This document shows, in pieces, positions 10,966 to 20,283 of a DNA stretch of 64,000 nucleotides. Numbering within the stretch: the stretch's first letter is position 1; each line of letters opens with the position of its first letter. Both the position numbers and the translations under genes were made by a program. Location: contig OY970194.1 in the NCBI GenBank assembly GCA_963708075.1, positions 7,104,001 to 7,168,000 on the forward strand, given 5' to 3'. The notes below the pieces were generated by a model. The model was given only the letters and a program-made list of their open reading frames with translations. It did not search any database and was not told where the DNA came from. This DNA comes from Sedimentisphaerales bacterium (GTDB lineage: Bacteria > Planctomycetota > Phycisphaerae > Sedimentisphaerales > Anaerobacaceae).

Positions 10966-13254
10966 TCATGGCAGCAGAGGTGCTGTTCCGGTGCCGCCGA
11001 GGGTAAGCTCTGCAACCGGCTCGTCGGGATCATTGCTGCCGATGGCCAGCTTCGCATATTCATAGCTTTGGGATGCGGCAGGCGTAAGACGCACAAGGAT
11101 TGTTCTGCCGGTCAAAGGAGAAACGGTGAAGGGAAGCGCCGGCGGTGACACGAGGCTATAGCCGGTCTTGTTCAGACCCACCAACTCAAGCGAGTGCACT
11201 TGCAGATCGGCAGTGCCGGTATTGTGGATGTCAAAGGCAAGGTCAGCATGAGAGCCGACGGCTGTCGGAGCAAACGCCAGGGCATCCGGGGCCAACTCAA
11301 TGTCGGGCTCCTGGGCAACGAACATGGCGGCGGGCAGCTCGAGCACCTGCCATTCGATGTGACTCTGCTGGCCGGGGAACTGGCGCTCAATGCGGAGGTT
11401 GTCGTCAGCCGTGAATTCCGCTGTCGAGAACGGCCGCGGGTAGAGGTCTCCGGTCCCGTTGCAGGTCTGGCCGTGGAAGAACATGGCTCTGCCGGTATCG
11501 ACAGGCTGTGCCAGGCGGCAGTCCGCGGACATCCAGCCGGCATCGTCGGAGAAATCGAGGCGGCCGTGCTGGGCCAACGCGGACGGACCAAAATCGACCA
11601 CGTGATACTCAATGTATCGCGTCCCGGTGGTCCCCGTGTACTGATAGAATTGGACGGTGTCCTTTGAGGCCAGGCGTCCGGCAACCGCCGAATAGGCCAG
11701 GCCGTTGACCGTCGACCGAGTCTGGTAGAGGAGAATGGAGGAATTGGGATTGACCGGCAGAATCTTGGCCGAGGCGGGCGCTGTCGCGGAGGCGCCGGTG
11801 AAATGCACGTTACCATGCTGGACGCCGGCAATTGCCGCCGGATCGAACTCGACGACGACCCAATTGTAATTGACCACGGAGTGTCCCGCGGCGGCCCTTT
11901 CTATGTGCACGGTTGTGGCCGAATTGACATAGGCGGTCAGGAGGGCCTCGTGGTAGTAGGTTCGAGCGGTGGAAGACGTGTCGGCGGTCACGAAGGCGAT
12001 GCATCGCGAAGGATCCACTCTGACCTCGGAGGCGGCGGCAGCGAGGACACGCCCTCCCGTTTGTGCTTGCGAGCCGCTCAGGGCGGCATCGACGGAACTC
12101 TGCTCATTGCCGAGCGATCCGCTGCCCCGATAAATCTGGAATTCCCGGCCGAGACACTCAATGACCTCCCAACTGACCCAGGTGGAATTCGCGGGCGAGG
12201 TTCGTTCGATTCTTATGGTGTCGGTATCCAGCAGGCGACCCCTGGCCATGACGACATTGGCATTCTCCTCTCCCGGCTGCCAACCGGTGCCGTAGCTGAA
12301 CAAGGCGAAGGCCCGGCCAGTATCGTTGACAGGCAGGACATCCACGTCGAAACGCGAGCCCTGAACTCTCGTTCGGCCGGATTGTACGCGATAGCCGGTA
12401 TGGTAGCCGGTCGGGCCATTCGTGGAGAAATCCACCGTGCCGTCGGTCCACTGGCCGCCGGCGGAGTTCCGGGCATAGAGTCGATAATAGTACTTCGTGG
12501 CGGCGTCCAGGTCCGTGAGGTCCAGGTAGAGGACCCCGGCCGCCTGCGGTCCAAGCTCTGTGAGATAGTCCCATCTCCTTGGGTCCGTACCGCCGTCATT
12601 CTCGCCCCAGTAGATGTGGACATTAGGGTCCTCGCCCCCTGTGTCAAGGATCTCGCCGCGGAGCCGGGCGGAGTTGCCTGTGACATACATTGCCGGCTTG
12701 TTGGTGATTTGGGGCCGCACTGTGGGTGTGAACGTGTAGTCGAGCGTGACGTTCAGGAATCCGCCCTGTGATGGGTAGAATTGTGACCTTGGATTGCCGT
12801 CTTTCACGAAGACGAATGTCGCCCGGTTGAACTGATTCTTCGTAGCGTTGTGATTCGTCAATTCGAACCGTATGTAATATGTGCCATCCGGCACTTGGAC
12901 GCCGCTACGGTCAGTCAGGTCCCATGTGATGGTGTGCTGTTGGTATGCCTTTGGCGTGGCGCCGGTGAAGCCGTCGAGGTTCGTTCCGTCGGCAGCGTTC
13001 CACTGCGTCAGATGACGATGCTCGATGACTCCCCATCGTCCGATCGTTTTGACGAAAGCGCCGGCGGCATTCTCGACCCAGACGGCCTGCACGTGCTGTG
13101 GTTCGAAGTTGAGCTCGCCTTTGGGCGAGGTCGTAGTGAACGTCACCACCAGTTTCCAGCCCGCGTAGAGGGGGGCCGCGCCGAGGCTGTGCCAGCCGAG
13201 CCACAGGATCGCTGCCCAGGCGAAGATGCTCTTCAGGGAATCACGTCGTCTCAC
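10966..13254 (-). CDS. Secreted multidomain protein: DUF2271 (predicted flavinylated) + FN3-like + four tandem beta-repeats + C-terminal Ig-like (ASH/choice-of-anchor D) domain
   Basis: Signal peptide; DUF2271 pattern AVWVE..G.FVKT...W...DGFTGAT...WDLTD..G..VPDGTY; 'LDAATKYYYRLYARNSAG'; C-terminal 'IHNTGTADL...IGSNDPDEP'. The start overlaps the protease stop by 14 bp. Confidence 0.8.
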   Translation of the reverse strand: MRRRDSLKSIFAWAAILWLGWHSLGAAPLYAGWKLVVTFTTTSPKGELNFEPQHVQAVWVENAAGAFVKTIGRWGVIEHRHLTQWNAADGTNLDGFTGATPKAYQQHTITWDLTDRSGVQVPDGTYYIRFELTNHNATKNQFNRATFVFVKDGNPRSQFYPSQGGFLNVTLDYTFTPTVRPQITNKPAMYVTGNSARLRGEILDTGGEDPNVHIYWGENDGGTDPRRWDYLTELGPQAAGVLYLDLTDLDAATKYYYRLYARNSAGGQWTDGTVDFSTNGPTGYHTGYRVQSGRTRVQGSRFDVDVLPVNDTGRAFALFSYGTGWQPGEENANVVMARGRLLDTDTIRIERTSPANSTWVSWEVIECLGREFQIYRGSGSLGNEQSSVDAALSGSQAQTGGRVLAAAASEVRVDPSRCIAFVTADTSSTARTYYHEALLTAYVNSATTVHIERAAAGHSVVNYNWVVVEFDPAAIAGVQHGNVHFTGASATAPASAKILPVNPNSSILLYQTRSTVNGLAYSAVAGRLASKDTVQFYQYTGTTGTRYIEYHVVDFGPSALAQHGRLDFSDDAGWMSADCRLAQPVDTGRAMFFHGQTCNGTGDLYPRPFSTAEFTADDNLRIERQFPGQQSHIEWQVLELPAAMFVAQEPDIELAPDALAFAPTAVGSHADLAFDIHNTGTADLQVHSLELVGLNKTGYSLVSPPALPFTVSPLTGRTILVRLTPAASQSYEYAKLAIGSNDPDEPVAELTLGGTGTAPLLP

Positions 13255-13780
13255 GGTTCAACTCCAGTTGTCTGTCATAAGAGGAGAAATCCTGAGGTGT
13301 CGCGCCATCGGCGGCCCTGTGCATCAGTTGGTCAGCCATCGCGCACGCAGTCCGGGTCACCTGTCCGAGAACAGCGCCAACTGCGGGCGAAAGCTGCATG
13401 CCATAGTCGATGACGGCCGGCTCGACGCCGAGTATCAGTACCCGTGGTCTCGATTTCGTAGGCAGCAACCGCAGGGCTGCTGCGATCCCCAGTTCGTGCA
13501 GCGAGACATGCTTAGGGACTTCGGCGTCGTTGACGTCGAAGCAATAGATCGACCCGGGCGAGCCGCCGGCAGCTACCGCGTCGATGGCCACGACCACGTC
13601 GACACTCTCGAACAACTCCAGCGCGTCGAGCAGGGCGGTGCCGACCTCCGCGAGGACGATGCCTTCGGGAGCCTGCCCGCTCAGCATCCGGATCGCGTGT
13701 ACGCCGACGCCGTCATCCATGAGCAGGACGTTCCCCAATCCCACGATTGCCGCACGAGCACGTTCCTGCCGCCGAACCAT
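13241..13780 (-). CDS. Hydrogenase maturation endopeptidase (HyaD/HybD family)
   Basis: GLGNVLLMDDGVG, IDAV, SLHE and GVEP motifs; start overlaps the large-subunit stop. Confidence 0.92.
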   Translation of the reverse strand: MVRRQERARAAIVGLGNVLLMDDGVGVHAIRMLSGQAPEGIVLAEVGTALLDALELFESVDVVVAIDAVAAGGSPGSIYCFDVNDAEVPKHVSLHELGIAAALRLLPTKSRPRVLILGVEPAVIDYGMQLSPAVGAVLGQVTRTACAMADQLMHRAADGATPQDFSSYDRQLELNRETT

Positions 13781-15219
13781 CACAAGCCACCCAGTTTCAG
13801 TACGTTGCTCTTGTGCTTCGGCTTCACCACGTGTGCCGCACAATCCAGGCACGGATCGAACGAGTGAATCACTCTCATCACCTCGATAGGCTGGTCGACA
13901 TTCTGCACCGGCGTGCCGAGTAGAGCCTCTTCCAGCGGGCCAAGGATACCCCTGTTGTCACGCGGGGATGCATTCCACGTCGTGGGACTGATCACCTGAT
14001 AATGCGAAATCCTGCCGTCGGAGATTCCGAGCCAGTGTCCCAGCGCCCTTCGCGGCGCTTCCGTCAAACCCATGCTCGCAGCCGCGTCCGGCACCGTCGG
14101 CGGCTGATAGACAGGACCTTCCGGAATGAGTTCGTCGAGCCACTCGCGTGCGGCCATCGCGATTTTCATCGCCTCTCTCGCCCGAGCCAGATGGCGGTCC
14201 ATGACCGAGATCCCGTTGCGATAGTCGCCATTGATCCACATGCGAGCGAGAGGTCCCACCTCATACGGCCTGCCCTCATAGCGCGGGGCCTTAAGCCAGG
14301 AATAAGCGTACGTCTTGGACGCCGGATCGACTGCCTTCGTTTGACCTGAAGCGGGATGGAGGCCGTCGGTGTTGTTTTTGAACCATGAATGCGTCACGTG
14401 CTCCGCAATGGAAGCGGCGTCAAGCGGCAGGGGAGTTGCAGAGCCCTCCACAACGTGGCCGCCGGCGAGCAGTTGATCGCCCCCGGCGTCATCCAGTTCA
14501 AATACGCCATACGCCAGGAGATTCCCATACCCGCGTCCCAAGCCGAGGTAGTCGCTGTATTGCGAGGCGAGCTGCTCGGCGTCCGGTATATACCGGTCCT
14601 GGATAAAGCCAATCAGCTCATTCAGGTAGGCCCTGTAATTCGCGATGCGCTCCGGCCGGGGATTGGCTGTGAACCCGCCGGCGATATAGGCCGGAGGATG
14701 GGGCAGGCGGCCGCCGAACAGGGCCCCCATCTCGTGACCTTTGCGCCGCATCTCAAGGGCCTTGAGATAGCCGGCCATGAGAGTGTCGGAAGCCTTCTGA
14801 TCGAAGCGTCTGTCCACGTTCCACTCCGCCTGCCAGGGAGGCATGGCGGGTCCCGCGATGAAGTCGGGCAGCGCCAGAAGGTAGAAATGCAGGATGTGGG
14901 ACTCGATGAAATTGGCGGCATTCACCAGGTTGCGCATGATCCGCGCATTCGCCGGCACGGCGACGCCGCAGGCCGCGTCGAGGGCTTTGACCGCCGCCAT
15001 GCCGTGCGCCACGGGACAAACACCGCAAATCCGCTGGGTGATATGCTGCGCATCTCTCGGGTCGCGGCCGACGAGAATATTCTCGATACCGCGGAACATG
15101 ACGCCGCCGGCCTGGACGTTGACCACCTGCTGAATGCCGTTGACGGTATCAAACTCGACCTCGACCAGCAGGTGACCCTCCACGCGGGTCACCGGGTCAA
15201 AAGAGGCTGTCACTTTCAT
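13780..15219 (-). CDS. [NiFe]-hydrogenase large subunit (group 1, resembling 1a/Hys-type but with Cys rather than Sec)
   Basis: DPVTRVEGH; L1 motif QRICGVCPVAH; L2 motif DPCLDCAAH followed by a 16-aa cleavable tail. Confidence 0.95.
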   Translation of the reverse strand: MKVTASFDPVTRVEGHLLVEVEFDTVNGIQQVVNVQAGGVMFRGIENILVGRDPRDAQHITQRICGVCPVAHGMAAVKALDAACGVAVPANARIMRNLVNAANFIESHILHFYLLALPDFIAGPAMPPWQAEWNVDRRFDQKASDTLMAGYLKALEMRRKGHEMGALFGGRLPHPPAYIAGGFTANPRPERIANYRAYLNELIGFIQDRYIPDAEQLASQYSDYLGLGRGYGNLLAYGVFELDDAGGDQLLAGGHVVEGSATPLPLDAASIAEHVTHSWFKNNTDGLHPASGQTKAVDPASKTYAYSWLKAPRYEGRPYEVGPLARMWINGDYRNGISVMDRHLARAREAMKIAMAAREWLDELIPEGPVYQPPTVPDAAASMGLTEAPRRALGHWLGISDGRISHYQVISPTTWNASPRDNRGILGPLEEALLGTPVQNVDQPIEVMRVIHSFDPCLDCAAHVVKPKHKSNVLKLGGL

Positions 15220-15232
15220 CGTTGCCGGATCC

Positions 15233-16123
15233 TTAAGTGTAGAAGTTTCCGCCGGGGAAGTCGGGTTCGGTACATCCCAGGCATACGCTGTTGGCGTCCA
15301 CACACCAGTTCACGCCGTTGTTCCATCTGCGCTTCCAGCAGTCGCTGAAGGCTGTTTTGCCGCGACAGCCGAGATCGAGCACGCAGCAGTTGTCCTGTCC
15401 GAAACTTGTTGCCATAGTGCTGTTCAGGCGTGGGCAGTTGTCGTGCAGCTTGGCGCCATAGAGGGCGACGGGACGGTCATATGCGTCCAGCTCGATCTTG
15501 TTGCCCAGAATCAGTTGCACGACCGCCCAGGTAATCCAGTCCGGGTGGGCCGGGCACCCCGGGATGTTGATGACGCTCTTTCCTGTGGCCTCTTTGACGC
15601 TGATGATATCCGTCGGATTCGAGCCGGAACGGGGAATGCCTCCGAATGAGGCGCAGGTACCGACGCACAGGATCGCCGCGGCATCCGCGGCCAGATCGAG
15701 AACGGCCTGCTGATACGTGACTCGCTGGCCGTCATAGGTCCACACTTGGCAGGCGCGTCCACCGAACGCCCTGGCGACGCCGCCCTCGAGTGCAAGGACA
15801 TATCCGCCACGCGCCTGGGCCTCGTTGAGCATCGTGACCGCCGTCTCGCCGGCGGAGGACATCACGACGGTGTGATAGGCGAGATTGATCGAGTGGACCA
15901 GAATATCGTCTGCCGTGGTTTGGCCGGCGTCCGCGGCCGCGTCGATGCGGTTCAGAAAGGAGATCGAGTCCCCCTGACATCCGCTGCCATGCAGCCACAG
16001 GACGGTGGGAGCCGCCTTGCCCGTCAGTGCGGCCTCCAGGCGTCCGAGTAGCAGGGGGGTAAGGTTGATCGCTCCGGCACAAGCGGCACAGTGTCTAAGA
16101 AAGGTTCGGCGAGTGAGATGCAT
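15233..16123 (-). CDS. [NiFe]-hydrogenase small subunit, Tat-exported, without a C-terminal membrane helix
   Basis: LTRRTFLR Tat motif; GCQGD, GTCASFGG, IPGCP, HDNCPR, CVLDLGC and SDC...WCVDANSVCLGC; ends at ...DFPGGNFYT. Confidence 0.95.
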   Translation of the reverse strand: MHLTRRTFLRHCAACAGAINLTPLLLGRLEAALTGKAAPTVLWLHGSGCQGDSISFLNRIDAAADAGQTTADDILVHSINLAYHTVVMSSAGETAVTMLNEAQARGGYVLALEGGVARAFGGRACQVWTYDGQRVTYQQAVLDLAADAAAILCVGTCASFGGIPRSGSNPTDIISVKEATGKSVINIPGCPAHPDWITWAVVQLILGNKIELDAYDRPVALYGAKLHDNCPRLNSTMATSFGQDNCCVLDLGCRGKTAFSDCWKRRWNNGVNWCVDANSVCLGCTEPDFPGGNFYT

Positions 16124-16186
16124 CACCTGGCTCCAACTCCACTGGGTGGAATGAAAACATATCAGCCCGGACACTACATGACTATT

Positions 16187-16215
16187 CTTATACCAAATCG
16201 ACCCCGGAGTGTCAA
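16187..16215 (-). promoter_or_regulatory. Putative sigma70 promoter of the hydrogenase operon
   Basis: Minus strand reads TTGACA-17 nt-TATAAG with an extended TGn, about 60 nt upstream of the small-subunit start. Confidence 0.65.
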
Positions 16216-16618
16216 TCGCACTCGCGACGAATCTCCGTGAATCCCCCGTGAATTCAGGGGAATTATGGCATTCGCCATCGGCAATAGCGGTATTGCGACA
16301 TCCAGTATAAAATGATTTGGATTCGAGAGTTGAAGGGGACCTATGGACAGATTTCCCGGAAACTCAAAGGGGATTGGACATCTTGCCGGACGGGATGCCG
16401 GGAGATAAAATGGTGTCTGTTCGCAACTATGTATACAGGATGAATTTCGAAGGAGAATCGGCATGAGGCGTGCCATACACAGGATCGCGGACCGGCTGCT
16501 GCGCATCCGCAGAGGCAGCCTTGCCTTGATCGCATCGGCCGCCGTGGTTTTACTTTGCCTGACGCTGTAAAGAGCATTCACCGCAAGAACAGGATACTGG
16601 AACACGAGAGGAGCACAC

Positions 16619-18152
16619 ATGATGGGTATGATCAGAACCTTCCTTCGGGGCGCCGCATTCGTTGGTATTTGTGCACTTTGCTGGAGTGCGTCGGTTCAGG
16701 CTCAGCCGGCGGCGAGCGAGACGCAGGTAGTTCCTGCGCCCGGGCAAGTGCCGCCATTGCCGCCACGACTGCCCGATGGAATCCCGGCATTCCCGGGGGC
16801 CTGGGGCGGCGGCATGTTTACCACCGGCGGCCGCGGCGGCAGGGTGATCGAGGTGACTAATCTGAACGACGGTGGTCCGGGCAGCCTGCGGGCGGCCACC
16901 CAGGAACAGGGTCCTCGTATCGTTGTTTTCCGCGTCGCCGGCATCATCCAACTGCAGTCGAACATCGACATTGACAATCCCAATATCACTATCGCGGGTC
17001 AGTCCGCGCCGGGCGACGGCATTTGTCTGGCTAACCAGTCACTGAACATCAACACGCGCAACGTCATCCTTCGTCATCTGCGCGTGCGGCGCGGCCGGCC
17101 CGAGGGAGGCCAGGGATCGGACAACATCGGTGGCAATCCCCAGGAGCAGATCATCGTCGACCATTGCAGCACCAGTTGGGGCATGGATGAGAACCTCTCG
17201 CTCTATCGCTATATGAAACCGCTGCCCGGCGGAGGTACCGTGAAACTGCCGGTCCAAAACCTGACCGTCCAGTGGTGCATTTCGAGCGAGGCGCTCAACG
17301 CCGGCAATCACGCTTTCGGCGGCACCTGGGGCGGGCGGGACTCCACGTTCCACCACAATCTCTTCGCCTGCAACACGGGACGCAATCCCTCCATCGGCAT
17401 GTCCGGCGAGTTCGACTACCGCAACAACGTGATCTTCAACTGGCGTCACCGCACCATGGACGGCGGCGATGAGAACCTCGCTGTTGAACGTGATCAACAA
17501 CTACTATAAGCCAGGTCCGGCAGTGAACGAGAACATGCGGAGCACGATCGCCCGGATCGAGGAACGCAACATGTATTCTCCCGGCCGGCAGTGGGAAGCC
17601 GGCAACTGGTACCCCAAGACGGCCGGTCGCGCCGGCAAGTGGTACGTCGCGGGCAACATCGTCGAGGGGTTCCCCGATGTCACCGCCGACAACTGGAAAG
17701 GTATGCAGGGTCCTGAGGAGATCGCCCGCGTCAACACTCCGTTCGAGGGCTGGCCGGTCAAGCAGGAAACCGCGACGGAGGCCTTCAACTCTGTGCTGAC
17801 CAGGGCCGGTGCGACTCTTCCCCGCCGCGACGCCGTCGATGTGCGCGTCACCGAAATGGTTCGTACCGGCAGGGTGACGGTCGGAAACGGTATCGTGAAC
17901 GATCCGAGAGAAGTGGGGGGCTATCCCGATTACTCCTTCTCGCCGGATGATGTACCGATCGATACCGACCACGACGGCATGCCCGACGAGTGGGAGAAGA
18001 AACACGAGCTGAATCCCGCCGACGCGTCGGACAGCAGCATCGACTCAGACCAGGACGGCTACACCAATGTTGAAGAGTATCTCAACAGGACCAATCCACA
18101 TGAGAAGATCGACTACAGGAACCTGGGAAACAACGTTGATACGATGAGTTGA
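16619..18152 (+). pseudogene. PL1-family pectate/RG-II lyase with a single-base frameshift (real mutation or sequencing error)
   Basis: PAFPGAWGGG..TTGGRGG, IAGQSAPGDG and IIVDHCSTSWGMDE in one frame; NNYYKPGP, DTDHDGMPDEWE and DGYTNVEEYLN in the next. An extra A at 17474-17475 separates them. Confidence 0.85.
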
Positions 18153-18199
18153 GGCGCAGGCCCTTGCGACTTGTGTCAGCCCGCATCCTCACCAGCGGC

Positions 18200-18237
18200 A
18201 AAGAAAAAGGGCCTGTACCCACGAGGAGTACAGGCCC
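18200..18237 (-). terminator. Intrinsic terminator for the 18266-19831 gene
   Basis: Perfect 10-bp stem GGGCCTGTAC/GTACAGGCCC (18209-18237), followed by a U-rich tract on the minus strand. Confidence 0.8.
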
Positions 18238-18265
18238 GAGATTACCTTTACATTTAGCCTCGCAT

Positions 18266-19831
18266 CTACTTGGTGCCGGGCAGTTCCGCCGGCGCGATCA
18301 GGTAGGCTACCGCGTTGATGAAGATCTTCTGACCTTCGGCGCTGAGGTTCATGACACCCCAATTGGTCTTCTGGCCCGAAACCTCCTGGGTACCGGCACC
18401 GAAGAACATGCGTGTGTCAACCGGGGTCTGGGTAGAAGTCCCATAGAACGGCTTGCCCGCGGGCCACTCGGCGATCAGCATGTTGCCATTGTCGGGCCGG
18501 ACAGCCAGAACCTTACCGTTGCCGGCGTCGGCCGTGTTGATGAAGCTTGCATACCCGCTGGCTGCATTCGGATCGAACCACCGAACCACATCGTTGGCGT
18601 CGAGTGCCACGCCCTCGAAAAGCGGATGATTCGGATCAATGGCCTTGAGGTCGTAGTAGGTCTTGCGAGCGTCCTGACTGGTGCTGTTGATCCACTTCCA
18701 CCGGTTGCTGGCGGCGATATACGAGCTCATCAGCATGACGGGGCTCTTCACGTTGTCCCATGCGGCGAGTTCCGCGGCGTCCGTAGCCATCCCGGCGCTG
18801 TTGCAGCCGCGAGCAAGGATGACCAGGTCGGCCGCATCGAGAACCGCCAGCTTGTTCGGATCGAGGGTCTCCCAGTAGCTGACCCAGCCGGTCCCGACGA
18901 GGGACCCCGGCATGTAGTCCACGTCATAGCCTGCTGCCGTGAGCAGATCCACAAAGCCCTGATCGCTCGGCACGTTAGCGTCTGTCGTCGAGGGGTACAT
19001 CGCCGAGACGAAGACAATGCTCTTGCCCTTGTTGACCATGAAATTGACGGCGTTCACGAACATTTTTTCGCCGTCTGCGGTCAGATTGTACATGCCGTCA
19101 GGAGCATAGTTCGGAGCGGTGTTCTTGCTGCCCGTACCGGCGACGAATAGCATACGGGGACCACCGGCAGTGAAGATGCCGGCTTCAAAGAATTTCTGCC
19201 CGGCTTCCCACGTCACAATGGAAACCAGACCGTCGCTGGCACGCGTGGCCAGTACCTTGCCATTGCCGGCATCCGTGACATCCTTGACCCAGTCCACGTT
19301 CCACTGAGCGCTCAGAGCCTCAACACAGCCATTGGGGTCGATGGTTACGCCAGCAAACACGGCATGCGCAGGATCAACCACCTTGAGCTTGGGCTCTTTG
19401 GCCAGCACCGTTCCGGTGCCGTTCAGCCATCCCCACTTGCCGCCGATGCGTGACATGTGTGCGCTCAGACTGATAAGAGGGGTGCTCACGGCGTTCCACA
19501 GGTTCGGCTCATTGTCGGCCGCCGTGGAGTAGGAACCGCTATCCGCGTTGCGGCTCAAGATGATCAGGTCCGCCGCTTCCAGTTCCGCGATCTTGTTGGG
19601 ATCCAGGGTGCGCCAGTACTGCTGGCCGTCAATGTACTCGTTTTGATTCTTGTAGATCACGTTGTGTCCCTGCACGGTCAGCAGGCCCACCCAGCCCTGG
19701 TCTCCGGGTGTGTTCGGCTCAACGGAGCCGTAGCCCTTGTTGTCCGAAACCCAGATAATATTGGCGGCCTGTACCACCGAGCCCAAGGCCAGAACCGAAA
19801 CCAGTGACAATAACACGAGTTCTCTACGCAT
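18266..19831 (-). CDS. Secreted hypothetical protein made of two tandem ~250-aa homologous domains
   Basis: GGAGG RBS; signal peptide MRRELVLL...VQA. The motifs DQG(W/F)V.LL, TLDPNK.A.L.AADL.IL.R, DAGNGKVLA.R and NL.A.G.K.F.NAV each occur twice. Confidence 0.85.
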   Translation of the reverse strand: MRRELVLLSLVSVLALGSVVQAANIIWVSDNKGYGSVEPNTPGDQGWVGLLTVQGHNVIYKNQNEYIDGQQYWRTLDPNKIAELEAADLIILSRNADSGSYSTAADNEPNLWNAVSTPLISLSAHMSRIGGKWGWLNGTGTVLAKEPKLKVVDPAHAVFAGVTIDPNGCVEALSAQWNVDWVKDVTDAGNGKVLATRASDGLVSIVTWEAGQKFFEAGIFTAGGPRMLFVAGTGSKNTAPNYAPDGMYNLTADGEKMFVNAVNFMVNKGKSIVFVSAMYPSTTDANVPSDQGFVDLLTAAGYDVDYMPGSLVGTGWVSYWETLDPNKLAVLDAADLVILARGCNSAGMATDAAELAAWDNVKSPVMLMSSYIAASNRWKWINSTSQDARKTYYDLKAIDPNHPLFEGVALDANDVVRWFDPNAASGYASFINTADAGNGKVLAVRPDNGNMLIAEWPAGKPFYGTSTQTPVDTRMFFGAGTQEVSGQKTNWGVMNLSAEGQKIFINAVAYLIAPAELPGTK

Positions 19832-20001
19832 GACTGACCTCCTTCCAAACAGGTGAAAACACTTTTGCTCTGAGGTTGTATCAGAGATCGCCCTCGTTCA
19901 GATCCGAGCGCAACCTCCTCCCTTCTTGATAGACCCAATATGAACGAGTCTACCAGCATGTACAACAAATGATAATAGTGGTGCCACAACAATCCATTAT
20001 C

Positions 20002-20030
20002 ATTATAGACAGTATGGTTCCGCGGGACAA
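20002..20030 (-). promoter_or_regulatory. Putative sigma70 promoter for the 18266-19831 gene
   Basis: Minus strand reads TTGTCC-17 nt-TATAAT. Confidence 0.55.
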
Positions 20031-20148
20031 CCCAGTATTGCGTTTTTCTCTCGCCATTTTGCGAACACGGCCGGTAAATGAACGATATCATGGCCGTCAT
20101 CGGTGTCACTTTAAGTGGCAATTCAATGCTGTTTCATCGGAAATCCTG

Positions 20149-20178
20149 TTGCACAGGAGGGCGTCAACGTGATATACT
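20149..20178 (+). promoter_or_regulatory. Putative sigma70 promoter for the 20284-22893 gene
   Basis: TTGCAC-18 nt-TATACT with an extended TGn. Confidence 0.55.
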
Positions 20179-20283
20179 TGAATCGGTGCCACACATCCCG
20201 AGGTTAGTCTGCGCTGTGGCGGCCTCAAAACCGCCATGAGTTGCTATCGGTCACTTGATACTCTGCTGCTATGGAGGTTGGTC

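Noticed and set aside
13840..13857. Selenocysteine (NiFeSe) hydrogenase
   Set aside because: The L2 codon is TGC (Cys), and the ORF has no in-frame TGA.
19981..20191. Sigma54 promoters at the TGGCAC sites
   Set aside because: Neither site has the -12 TTGC element at the required spacing.
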